Positions 12,466 to 25,616 of a stretch of 64,000 nucleotides of DNA are shown here, one piece after another (position 1 is the stretch's first letter; each line of letters starts with the position of its first letter). The notes below the pieces were generated by a model. That model made no database searches and was not told the origin of the DNA. It worked only from the letters and a program-made list of their open reading frames with translations. A program made the position numbers and the translations under genes. Source of the stretch: Paraspadella gotoi (lineage: Eukaryota > Animalia > Chaetognatha); the NCBI GenBank assembly GCA_051294375.1, contig CM119266.1, positions 8,270,606-8,334,605 on the forward strand. Direction: 5' to 3'.

Positions 12466-14330
12466 TTCATTGTTGAAAATACCCAAATAGAAATCACTGC
12501 CCTTATCGATCTGTTAAACTCTCTATAAGCATTTTATTATAAGAGGAAATTGAATTTGCTAGGGAGGAAAGAAGTTGACAAAAGCTTAAAGATGGCGGAT
12601 CTTGANNNNNNNNNNNNNNNNNNNNNNNNNNNNNNNNNNNNNNNNNNNNNNNNNNNNNNNNNNNNNNNNNNNNNNNNNNNNNNNNNNNNNNNNNNNNNNN
12701 NNNNNNNNNNNNNNNNNNNNNNNNNNNNNNNNNNNNNNNNNNNNNNNNNNNNNNNNNNNNNNNNNNNNNNNNNNNNNNNNNNNNNNNNNNTAAGGGTCAG
12801 AGAACACAGCGACCAGGAAGATCCCCGGATCAGAACGAAATAAGAAACGCCCACGTAGGATTCCGACTCAAACAGCCTTAATTGAAAAAAAAAAGCTTGT
12901 AGAAAAAGAAATTGATAAAATTATAATATAAAACAGTTATATCGGAAATCGAATGTTTATTTTTCCAAATGTCACGGAATGAATCAAACGAACCGTTAAA
13001 ATTCAATAAAGATAAAAAACCTGACGTGAACGGCAAATATTTTCTTTCGTACCGATTTTTAAAAGTATCAAATTTTTGAAATTTTAGAAATATAATTTAA
13101 GTTTAAAAAACGAATAGATAAATACATAATTTTAAGGAATGAATAAACAAGAACGGTAATTCCAATTTATTTTCACGCATTTTTTCTTTGATCATGTGAT
13201 ATGACATGATATAACATGACTAAAAAACTTATGACAGGCACTGCATCAAAATTCCGTCCTTTATTCTTTATAATTTTAGGAATTCCTGAAGGCGGCGATA
13301 GCAGCCTCTTAGATTTGAGGTTTTTTCTCTCTTGAACAACCAAATATAGGCGAATTATATGCATTTTAACGTAAGTGGGATCGACAGACAGACAGACATA
13401 CCGACGGACCGACCGACCGACCCGACCGAAAAGTGACTTATAGTGTTGCTGCGCGAGTACTCGCGGCGCAACTAAAAAGCCTTCGAACCTCAAGGCAAGA
13501 TCCGTCTTTTCAAAAAGAAAACAAGTTTTTCACCGAAACCTTGAATCTAAAGCCTTGACATTGAAAAGGCCTCAGGGAGGAAGAGGAAGAAGAGGAGGAG
13601 GAGGAAGAAGAGGAGGAAGGTGAGGTGAGAAATCGTCGCTTCAATGAAAATGTCTCACACGATATTTCATTTGAGTTAATGGTGATAGATATACGACTTG
13701 TCTTTGGGTTTTTTCTTTTTCTTAAATTTGCTTTATTTTTCTTTTCTTTTTTCAAAGTTTTTTCTTTCCGCCATTTGCTTTTTTTTTTTGTTCTTTTCTT
13801 TATTCCTCATTTCTTTTATCCTTCATGTAGTTTTTTAACTTTCTTATCTCCTGTTTCCTCTCCTTCAATTTTTTCTCAATTTGCTTTTTTTCTTTTTCCC
13901 ATTTGCTCTTTCCTTTCAGCTATTTCTCTTTTCTTTCTCCTCAATTTTCTCTTTTCTCCGCCGCCATTTTTTCTTCAACTTTACTCCGCGATTTATTTTA
14001 ATTTCTTTCCTTTATTTCAAATTCATTTTTTTAATGAATTTTTGATCTTTTTCTCAAAAAACGTTATTCAGTTTTTCCTAATTACGCCATCTTTTTTAAC
14101 CCTGAAACGAAATCTTTCTTAAAATATCATTTTTCTTATTTTCTTCCAATTTCTAATCACATATTCTTATCACATATTCTTATCACATATTGTTTCGTTT
14201 TCTTTGTTTAATTACTTCTTTTTTATTCTCTTCCTTTTTTTTTCTCTTTCTTTTCTTCCAATTTGAAATTCTTTATTCACAATTTCTCGCTTTCAGCCGA
14301 CTTCACACTTTCTTTCTCTCTGTCGCTGGC

Positions 14331-14387
<57 letters not shown>

Positions 14388-16331
14388 TTTTTCTTTCCTC
14401 CGTTTCAGAAATCATTTATTTCCCTTGCAATTCGTGGCTGAATTCAATATCTCTCTCTCTCTTTTTCTGTCAATAATATTTTGTCTTTAGTCTTTTTTGT
14501 TCGTTTCTCATGATTCAATTTGTTTTCAGATCAAATCTTGCGGAAATAAGTCAACGACGACGACGACGCTGACGACGACGACGTCAACAAAGACAACGCT
14601 GAAAGAAAAGGTTAATTATTTTATTTCATGAAACAATGTCAGATTTAAGATGTTTAGGTTGTGTATGCTATCGGGTTTATGGCTGGGGTAGCTTTGTTTT
14701 TGAAAATTAGTTCAATGCCCTCCCGAAAAAATATTAAGTTTCACCAATATTTTTTCCCTGAATAATTTAAGAAAATTGAATAAATGTTTTTTGGTTGTTT
14801 TTTTTTTTATCAGATTTTTAATATATAGTTAAAACTTTTTCCCTCTAAGTGGGAATTTAACAAATAAATTTCCTTAAAATTCCATTCACCCACTTAACTG
14901 ATTCTCTCCATCCCTCGCCCCTCACCCCACACACAGAGTCGAAACTCTCACTCACCTTCGCGCCTCTCTCTCCTCTTCGCTTCTTCTCACTCGAAGGTAA
15001 GTTTACATCCGGGAGGAATGAGGTAAGGTTAGGCGAAACCGGAGATCACTTGGTCAGGTTGAGCGAGAGAATTCGGCAAAAGAAGAAACATGTCAAGGTG
15101 AAGTGAGCTTGGTAAGGTTGAACGTGTAGTGAGGTGAGTTCAAGCGAGCTCACTTCAGGGGCAGAGTGAACGGGGGATGAAAAAAGCGTCACGATCAAAA
15201 AAGGCAAATACTAGGAAATTAAGTGAAGTTGCCATGGAAAAGCGGAAGAAATTCGTTCCAGAATATAAATAGGAAGGGAATTCTGAAAAAGAATAAAAGA
15301 AATAAAACTTAAAAAAGTGGAAATAAAAAAGTATTATTAATTTGTTAATGTAAATTTTGAGATGAGAAAACGAGAAGTGGAGAAATCAATTGATCCTCGA
15401 CTGACCCACGATTGACCCACGATTGACCCACGATTGACCAACGAACGACCCTTCTTTGACCCTCGATTGATCCTCGACTGACCCACGATCTCATTTTGAC
15501 TCACCATCCGTATTCGTTCTCGCTGCCTTGACGGATTTACAGATTTATACCTGATAGAAAATTGAACATTAAAAAGACAAAGTGTTTCTGTATTTGATGC
15601 ATAATGCCGCGTTTTTGCTCATTGGTATTCATTCCTTAACTCGGAAAAAAGAATAAAAACGTTTTGCGTTTTTAGGAATTTCCGTTTTCGTATTTCTCTA
15701 CCGGGAATACGCGATAGCAACTTTGTCTTCTGTCTCAATCGTCGATCTCGTTGTCTCGACAGTGCATCATCGGCTTCTCATATCTGAAAGTCTCGTCGTC
15801 GTCATCTGCTCTTGTCATCTGTCATCGCAGTCTCTACAGGTCTGAGTCCTCGGGAAGAAGACGAGAGATTCTCTCTCTCTCTCTCCATCCCCAAAAATCA
15901 AGGTTTTTTTCACGATATTTCTCTCCTTCACCTTAACCATAAGCCAAGTACAGAAATATGGACTTACCATTGAGTTCGATGTTCATTTGTTGCTCACTTA
16001 GTAACATCCCAAGCATCTGTTACGCTACCTGTGGAGCTCGAGAAAAGCAATTGCAAACCTTTTTAAACAAAAGAACAGACACTACTCAAAAATAACCATT
16101 TTAATTTTTATTTTAATTTTAATTTTTTAAATTTACAGCGTTTGAAATTTATAAATAAATAAATAAATAAATAAATGTAGAGGTGGTAGCAAAATAGAAT
16201 TACCATAAAAGAATCAGAAATATTCTTCATTAAATCTTACTTTATTTTTTTTGTTTAAAAAAGATTCAATTCAGTTTTCTATTAAAATTTGGTTTTCGGG
16301 GTCATCTTTTCCGAAGCCGCCGGAGCCGTTT

Positions 16332-16371
<40 letters not shown>

Positions 16372-16642
16372 TTTCAATTCAGTTAAACAAACTCTTTTTT
16401 TCAAATTTCGTCAGCGAAAACTGATCTTAGACAAAACTGGGTCGAACTCGTCTTAGTTAAAGTCTGTTTCTTTTTTTGTTTCGTTCTTCGACTAAAACAA
16501 AACAAAAAAAAGTAAAAAAAACAAGACTCAAACGTTAAACATTTAAATTGCATAAATAATTAAATATCTAAATTTGAATTAGAGAACTGTTTGAGTTTCT
16601 ACCACATCATTCTTTTTATCTAAGATCAGTTTAATTCCTTCG
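12466..16642 (-). repeat. Right arm of ~4.1-kb inverted duplication
   Basis: Starts immediately after a 25-N gap; differs from the left arm mostly by single-base indels. Confidence 0.93.
13145..13478 (-). mobile_element. HINE family A copy (mirror of 9640-9977 inside the inverted duplication)
   Basis: GTTGCTGCGCGAGTACTCGCGGCGCAACTAAAAA preceded by GACA/GACC repeats. Confidence 0.65.
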
Positions 16643-17509
16643 TTTATTTTGAACAAGTTCGTTATTCTCTTTTATTTAGTTTTGGTTTTAATTTCTTCTT
16701 CTGGGTTTTATAAAGTTTTTCGTCTCTCAGTTTCACTTTCAGTTTTTCCACGAATTTTCCCTCAATTTTAACGAGTTTCTTTTTTTTTTTTTTTTTTTTT
16801 TTGGTTCGTGGTTTTTTTCTCTCACCTTCTCGTCGTGAAACCTCATTTCACAATCCGTTCTGGTCCGAGTGAGAGTTTCTTTGTTTTCATCACATGTGTC
16901 ATCAGCTTCTTTTTGTCATCGTCTTTCTCATCATTATCATTGGCTTTTTGTTTATCATTTTCTTTATCATTGTCATCCTAATTATCATCAGATTCTAAAT
17001 TTGTTATATTTTTAACTTGAGAACATGCCACGTTATTTTCGCTCAAAAATTTCCATATTTTTTCATTCTAATGTATAATATTGTATATATTTCATAAGTT
17101 ATTGTTTTATTTTTTCATCTTCTTTTCATTAACAAATATTTGAACTTTGATATCGATCGTCCGACGCAAAGTTTTCTTTTTCTTTTTCTTTTCTTTTTCT
17201 TTTTCTTTTTTTTTTTTTTTTTTTTAAAGAAACAAAAAAGTTTCAAAGTTAAACGGAAATTTTGAACAAGAGAAATTTTTTTAACACGAACACCTTTTGT
17301 TCAAAACGATTCTCAGGAGCAAGAATATAAATACAGTTATACTTAAAAAAAAGAAAACATACTATGGCTGTCACTGTCTCTTATCTTTTTTTTTATATAA
17401 ACGTTATAATATAAATAATCAACCATTATTTTTAAAAAGCGAAAGAGAAAGATGCTTAGATTTTTGCAGTGACCTGGGAAACATCCTGGAAAACAAGGAG
17501 GAGTGGGAC

Positions 17510-17541
<32 letters not shown>

Positions 17542-18318
17542 TAATTAGTTTCACCTTTTATCTTTTCTTTTTTTTTCTCTTGTGAAACGAATTGTGAATG
17601 AAACTCTGGAACGAGGATAACGACGAATACAACGACGACGATAACGAAGACGAATTTTAGAAAAAAAGATATTTTTTTTCTCGTGAAATTCAATCATAGT
17701 ATTGAATATCGATTATATTAAAAACGGATTATTTTTGTTTTATTTAGCTATCGTTTTCTCGATCGTCATATTCAGGACTATTATGAGTTTTTTATTCGAA
17801 GAAACAATCTTTTTCACCAATTTTTTTTCTTTCGATAATGTCAACAATAATTTAAAATTAAAACATGTAATCTAGAGAAAAACAGTTTTGAGTTTTTAAA
17901 CAACGATTTTATTGACAATTGATAAGTCGGACATGTTTCGACTCTTACAGCTTAGAGTCTTTATCAGCAACATGTAATCGAAAAACAACTCTAGATATTG
18001 TATTTTAACAAACCCAGCTGCGAAAAAAAACCTGCTATCCACACTTTCTTTGATCTTAAGTCTAAAATGTAACCAGTTTTGTTGTGTCACTTCGCCTTTA
18101 ACGCACTTTGTTGCTGTTCTCGATAGACGACAGCAACACTTAATCCCACTCCTACAACAACAACAGGAGCCATAACAACAATAACAACCAAGTTTCCACG
18201 TTATCGACTCAATTTCTCTTTCAAATTCTTTATTCTAATCTTCGCTGAGATTTTTTTTCTCTTCATTCATGAAAAAACTTGAATCATTAAAAAAAAGAAG
18301 CTGCATCCATTCAAGGAA

Positions 18319-18352
<34 letters not shown>

Positions 18353-18388
18353 TCTTCTCTCTCGTCTTGGCTTTTCTCACGTGCAAGA

Positions 18389-18485
<97 letters not shown>

Positions 18486-19614
18486 GTCTCGTGCAACATC
18501 GGCGACTCTGTCTCGCTCTCGTTCTCCCCGAAATCACGTGACTTTTTGGCAAGGGGAGACAGGAGGACCTCAAGAAAATCCCCCGAATCGCCAAATCTCC
18601 AATAAAAAAGGAAATCTGAAATATTTGACTCGAAATTAATCCATATTTTGCTTGTATAACAAACATATTTTGATTAAAATAAACTTGCTCGGCGTCAAAT
18701 CGTCGCCTTTGATACTAAAACTTCTTCTTTGTCCCGAAAATTCGCTAATTTTTGGTTTTGTGACATTTAATCCTTTTTACTGAAAAATACTGTTTAATCG
18801 TTCGACCAAATCATAATCCTGTTAAGAAAATGGAATATCTACAAAAATCAATAATAATATTAGTTTCAGTCGTTCTGTAAATCATTTAGTAAGGAAGGTA
18901 CTGTAGGTTGTACTCCAGGGGTAGGGCAAGGCGGAGCCGCCGGATTTTTTAAACTTAACTGAGAAATATTTTATCTTTTATAACATTTATAAGTATTGAA
19001 TCTCATAAATTTAAAAAAAGAAATATTCAACTAACAAAATCAACAAGCACTAAAAAATAACTCGATTAATTGAGTGGTGAATCTGATGCTACATAATACA
19101 TAATTTATTCTTGAAAATGCCTGGACGCATACTACAAGTCTGCATACTGATACCCTTGATACAGAAACGCCCAGATTTTATAAAACCTATTAATCTTTTT
19201 TTTTCTTTTTTTCATTTCGGAATTTGTCCTGAACGGATAGAAAGTCTTTCCGTGAAGCAGAAGAAAAAAAACATTTTTCTTTTTTAAACTTTCGCGTTTC
19301 GATTTTTATTGAATTAAAAAATCTTTTAAATCCCGAATCTAATTAGGAAGACTTGGGCCGCTTCTCCGCTCTGCTTTGCTCCCGGGGCGTAGAGAGAGGT
19401 GTTTTGATAAGTTCGGTTTGAAAGAGAGGAAGAGGTTAAAAAGAGAGGTTAGGAAAAGAAAAGAAGGGGAGAGAAAAGAGAGAAAAGATTGGGAATTTAA
19501 AGAAAAGACGGAAAGAGAAAAAAAAAATAGGTAAGATGGAAAAAAGGTTGATGATTGGATCTTAAATGAAATTGATTGAATGAATGATTGACTATAGAGA
19601 GGGAAAAAGGGGGA

Positions 19615-19705
<91 letters not shown>

Positions 19706-20431
19706 AGAAGAAAGAGAGAGAGGGTAACGAAAAGGAGAAAAATTATATAGAAAAAGTAAAACACTTAATGAGACAAACAAAGAAAGATGAAGAGAAAGTA
19801 AGATTGAAAGAGAAAGTAAAAGATTGAAAAAGACAAATAGAGAGAGAAAGAGAAAGAGGGAATTTTTTGAGTCACAACAATCGATAATTTCATTACAGAA
19901 TTCGTTCGACAGAAAAAAAAATGTTCACCCAAATCCGCCGCCGCCGCCAAAAAAAAAATATTTAAAAAAAACTGGATATTTTGTTCGTTACGACTTAAAA
20001 TCCGCTGCATTTTTTTTTCCTAAAATTTTGCCTTTTTTTGCTTTTCTTATAAAATAATGGATTTTACGCAACCTTACTAATCTAACCTAAGTCAGCTTAT
20101 TATTTTGATAATCGAAATCTGAAATCTTCACTTTCTATTTCTTTCTCTTTCTCTCACATCTCCTTTATCTCTCTCCCTCACTCACTCTTGCTCTCTCTCA
20201 CATTGACTCCATCTCTCTCTCACTCTCATTGAATATCTGGGATACATACTTCCGCGACGCCTAATCGCCTGACCTCGTCCTTAGCTCATCTTCAACCCCC
20301 CACTTCCTCCTCCTCCTCCTCCTCTTCCTCCTCTTCCTCCAATCCTTTCCATGCATGTTCCAAGCGCCGGCCTTCGAATGGCATCCCGGCCGGCCTCTCC
20401 TCTCCTCTCTCTCTCTGTCTCTCTCTCTCTT

Positions 20432-20481
<50 letters not shown>

Positions 20482-22078
20482 CTCTCTCCTCTCTCTCTAT
20501 CCTCTCTAGCTTTTCCTTTCATGTGTCCCAAACACAAATAATATCTGGAAAGAATTCATTTTTTGCTTCAAAATTTCGTTTTTCAAAATAAAAAAAGTAT
20601 CGATTAACAAGTATAACAATTTTATTTTCAGGTGACATAACTTTTATGGCTTGTGTCATATATGCTCTATGATCAATAGGTCAATACTTATTAAATCATA
20701 ACTAAAACGACACATTAAGTTTAACTCTTCATGTGTCTTTCGAGTTTCGACATTAACAGTCGAAGACTACAGAAGTCACGAGAACAATAACAAAAAAAAA
20801 CATCTATCTTTCTATCTATGTATCTTTCTGTCCATCTATAACTAAATTATGCATACCAATTAAGAAAAAAACATTTTTCCCGTCCCCTTTCCTTTTGATA
20901 ACCATAATATTATGTATAAAAGAATGAATGATCTAAACGCCTTTTGTTTTTCCAGTTTTCGGCCTCGTTTTGGGGAAAGAAACAGTGACGAGTTTTCGAC
21001 TGAGGGCGACAGTAAAAAAACAATGACGCAACGAAATTTTAGTTGCCTGAAGTGAAGTCACGCGGACAATTTTAAAAGTAAAAGTATAAAAAAGTCACGT
21101 GAATCTCGCATAAAAAAAAACAAATTCCATCATGTGAATACGGTGACGCACCGAAAAAGGCTTTTCGTGACACGGTGAGACGAGAACCCAGTCACGCCCG
21201 TGTCAGGGGGAGACGGGTGTCACGAGAAGACTTTCACCGTCGCGTACAGGGTCACTGACGTTCGACTGCCACGTCACCGAGACGTGACTGTTACGTCGCC
21301 AGTCGAAGATGGCGTTGCTGACTCAAAACAGTTTCGTCGTGGAGACGACTACGACAACGACAACGACGACAACGACAACGACAACGACAACGCCGAGCAA
21401 CCGGAGAATAAAGAGATGGAACATTCAAGTAAGAGAACAAAATATAAGGTTTAGTAAAAACAACTTGAGGAGAAATAGAACATGCGTGGCTTTTCAAGAT
21501 CTAGTTTTAGTCTATTTGATTGACTGTTTGATAATGTTTAAGATAGCTTAACTCTTAATTACTTACACCGAATACCGTTTACAAATTGATGCACGTAAGA
21601 TAACGGTTTCACCGAATTGCCTCCTTTATTTACTTGTTCAAAAATTAGTTTACAGACATGCCCCCAGACTTTCCCTCTCTTATACTCGCTTTTTTTTGGT
21701 CAGACCTACTAGGTCAAAACCGCGCTCAAAAACCAAAACACGATCAAAAAAATCACTTCGAACGCTCAATTAAAATTCTCTGTGCGCGAATTTTAGAATT
21801 TGAGTGACTTCGTAATTAGTTAATTTATAATCTTTTCAACGTTTTGGGGGAATTTTGGATTATTGGAATTCCTGAATACGAAAGACTCGAACGAAAATGT
21901 TAAGATGGGTAAAAGACAAATACGTAGAAAAGAAAAGAAAAGAAAAGAAAAGAAAAGAAAACTGAGAATCGATTTGGGACGAATTAACATTTTTTTTCTT
22001 TTTTCCGGTTTTCAATTTTTTTTTTTGGTCTAACTTAATAATTAAAGCCAGGATATGCAAGACAAGGGAGTTCTTGTG

Positions 22079-22169
<91 letters not shown>

Positions 22170-22559
22170 AAAAAAATTTCTTTCTTATAAAGATGTGAAT
22201 CAAAAAGTGACAAATTTTGGTAACATTTGTTGTCCATCGAATATTCAATTTAATTTTTCGTTTTTCTTTTTTGTTTATCTTTTCCTTCCGCCAAACCATG
22301 ACTCCATCAGGTAAGTCAAATATTCAATACAAATAAATCTCATTATGTCGGGGTTTTAAATGTATGTATCTGACTAACGTTGGTTTTTTAAAACTAATGA
22401 AACTTGGTTTAATACTTTTCGACAAAGATTCAACTGACTCTTATTCTGGTTTCGATGTCACGGGAAAGTTGAATGCACACATATTTAGCTTTGAATATAG
22501 AATTAATCAATCGATTTTATTCATAAATGATGTTATTTCTCAGCGTAGTTCCTGTCCGA

Positions 22560-22987
22560 GTTCTATCATTTTCATCACTCGATTCATCGTCCTTTCTCGA
22601 CATCATCATCATGAATTTAATCACCATCACTGTCATTGTCGAGATATCATCATATTCATTAACATTATCATCATCTTTATCATTATCACTTTCATTATTT
22701 TCGTCATAATCATCAGAGTCGATTATCATTATTACCATTATCCTTACTTTTATAGTATTATCATCATCATCATCGCATCAACATCATAATCATTATCACC
22801 ATCGTCGTTGTCATCGTCATCGTAATCATCATCGCCATCATGATGATTATGATGATGATGATGATCATCATCATCATCATAATTATCATCATCATCATAA
22901 TTTTCAACAATAGAGTCGTCGTCCATATCATCATAATCATCATCATCGGTATCATCATTAACACCATTTTCATTTATTTGTCATTAG

Positions 22988-23024
<37 letters not shown>

Positions 23025-23087
23025 GGTAGCATCATTAACAACCATTTCATTTATTTGTCGTTAGCATCATTGTCATCATCATCATCG

Positions 23088-23119
<32 letters not shown>

Positions 23120-23163
23120 TATGTCATCATCATCATCATTGTCATCATCATCATCGTCATCAT

Positions 23164-23216
<53 letters not shown>

Positions 23217-23252
23217 TCATCATCATCGTCGTCGTCATCATCATCATCATCC
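22560..23252. repeat. Long degenerate (ATC)n trinucleotide tract
   Basis: CAT/ATC periodicity, purest at 22990-23250; explains the poly-I/S/H/M/D ORFs. Confidence 0.9.
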
Positions 23253-24348
23253 CATTAGTTTGATCTCTCTTTGCGAATCGAAATTCGACTGCACGATCTG
23301 TAAACTGTGAGAAGAAAGAGCAAGAGATGGAGAGAGAGAGCGAGAGCGAGAGCGAGAGCGAGACACTCTTGGTCAGATTGGTACGGTGTCGCCTTGCTCT
23401 TTTATCGATATGCAGATGAGACGACATTTGCAAACTTCGCCACGAGACCAAAAAGAGGAGATTAAATATTCGGCCAACGGGAGGTCGCTGTCGTCGACGT
23501 CGACGTCGTTGTCATCGTTTTCGTCGTTGTCATCGTTGTCGCCGCTGTCATCGTCGTTGTTGTCGTCGTTTTCGTTGTCGTCGTCGTCGGGAATTCCTTC
23601 GCCGATGAGTAAAATTGTCGTCTACTGGTTGACTTTTCGTCCTTAAAAACCAAATGTTCTTGCTGCTACATATCTTTACATATTTATTTATTTGTTTTTT
23701 ATTTAATTTTCTTTATTTTTTCGTGTTTTTTTTTTTGTTTTTGTTTTTTTTGGCATTCTTTTCCTTTCCATTTTTTTTTCTCTAATTTATAGACAATTTC
23801 TACATCATTCCTTTTTTGTTTAGTTTTATATTTTTAACTATATTCTCTTTTTTTTTCTTTTCTTTTTTTTTCTTTTCTTTTCTTTTCTTTTCTTTTCTTT
23901 TCTTTTCTTTTCTTTTCTTTTCTTTTCTTTTCTTTTCTTTTCTTTTCTTTTCTTTTCTTTTTCTTTTTCGTTACATTTCCTTTTCCTCTTACATTTCTCC
24001 TTTTTTTTCATATCTCTTTCTTTGTCACCGTTCTATTTCCCTTCTTATCACTCTTTCTCCTCTTTCTTTTCCCTCTCTCTCTTTTCTTCTCATCGCAGCT
24101 TCTTAAGTCTTGAGAAATCCGGCGCGCTACGTGCCAAGGCGACAAGAGAGAGAGAGAGAGAGCAGAGAGAGAGGAAAGAGATGACGATGAGAGAGAGCAC
24201 GACGAGAGGAGAGATGGATGCATGACGAGGTGTACATCCCTCTAGACAAACAAAAGTCTTGACTCCCTCAAAGGAGGGAATTGTATTAACCTGATATTAG
24301 TGGGAGGAGGGAGAGAGACACACACATTTACAGAGAGGAAGATAAGTG

Positions 24349-24405
<57 letters not shown>

Positions 24406-25616
24406 GAGTGAGAGAGAGTGCGCAAAAGACAAAGAGGGATTTTGGTCCCAATCCGGGCCCAAATTAATTACGATTTCATTCGAGGAAGAAGACTCTTTAA
24501 AAATGTTCACCGAAAACTTTGCGATTTTTTTTTCAATTTATTGATTTAACTGTTCAGCTGCTTTGGGCGTTTATTTTCTGTTGGTGATTTAGACTAAGAA
24601 CACCAAATAAAAGCAGTAAAACCGCATGTTTTGTAATTGTTATTTTGCAGTCGTCTGGGAAAAAAAAGGGTTTGCTTTAGCTGTTGGGAAACGGACTTTT
24701 TAGGTTTAAACTGAATCATATGATAGTCGGTTGACCTGTTCGATTTGAAGCTCGAAGTTTTAATAAATTGATAAATAATAACATTTGATCATTTAATTAG
24801 AATATTATGACATGCTAATAATAGTTAATAATTGTTATTTAATTAATAACAAACAAGTTTAGTCCTAAGAGGAAGACAGTAGTCTTCGAAGTACAGTGCT
24901 ATTTCATAAAGAAAAAATTATTAAATCTACTATGTTTTTTTTATTTTCTATCTGGTATGCAAAACCGAATCAATTATAAACTATTATTAGACATTAATCC
25001 TACCAGAATCATGACTCTTAAACTCTTTATAATGACATGCCTTTTCACTAATGTAATAGACTGAATTAAATTATATTAATGGGTAACCATTTTTTTGAGA
25101 TAAATGTACGTTTTTTTTATCTTTCTTTTTACAAAAAAATTTTCTCGCCTTCCAAATCTCCATTGGTGAAGGTATTTGCCAAAGCGACATTCCTCAATTT
25201 TTTGGATTCATATTCATCGGTAAAAATTCGCAAAAAAAATTATCTTCTAATATAAAAAAAATTCATTAAAATTTATAAATTAGACGAGCTTTCAATTTTT
25301 CGGGTCGAAATACTTTGCTTGGTGATTTCAACGTATACTAAATTAAACTAACCAATAACCATATTGTGATGATATTTCAGTTTCTGATTAAAGCTTTTTT
25401 TTACTCATCTTTATTAAACCCCTTCTACATTATAAAAAAAACAAAACATTTTTTTCCTTCTTCGACTTTTTGATTTAACTTCAACACAACTAAATTTTTC
25501 TACTTTCTTTCACAACCACCCAAATTCATTAACCACCACCCAAATCTATTAACCACCACCCAAATCCATTAACCCCCACTTCAACCCACACGTCCACTAC
25601 CCATTCCTGCGCAAAG

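Noticed and set aside
18916-19160. Possible hAT-like ends CAGGGGTA...TACCCTTG
   Set aside because: Imperfect 8-bp match and no 8-bp TSD.
21200-23646. Exon-like GC-rich patches (21200-21447, 23412-23608; also 29874-30143 and minus-strand 39611-40012)
   Set aside because: No consistent start/acceptor/donor chain or recognisable domain; may be UTR or unresolved exons.
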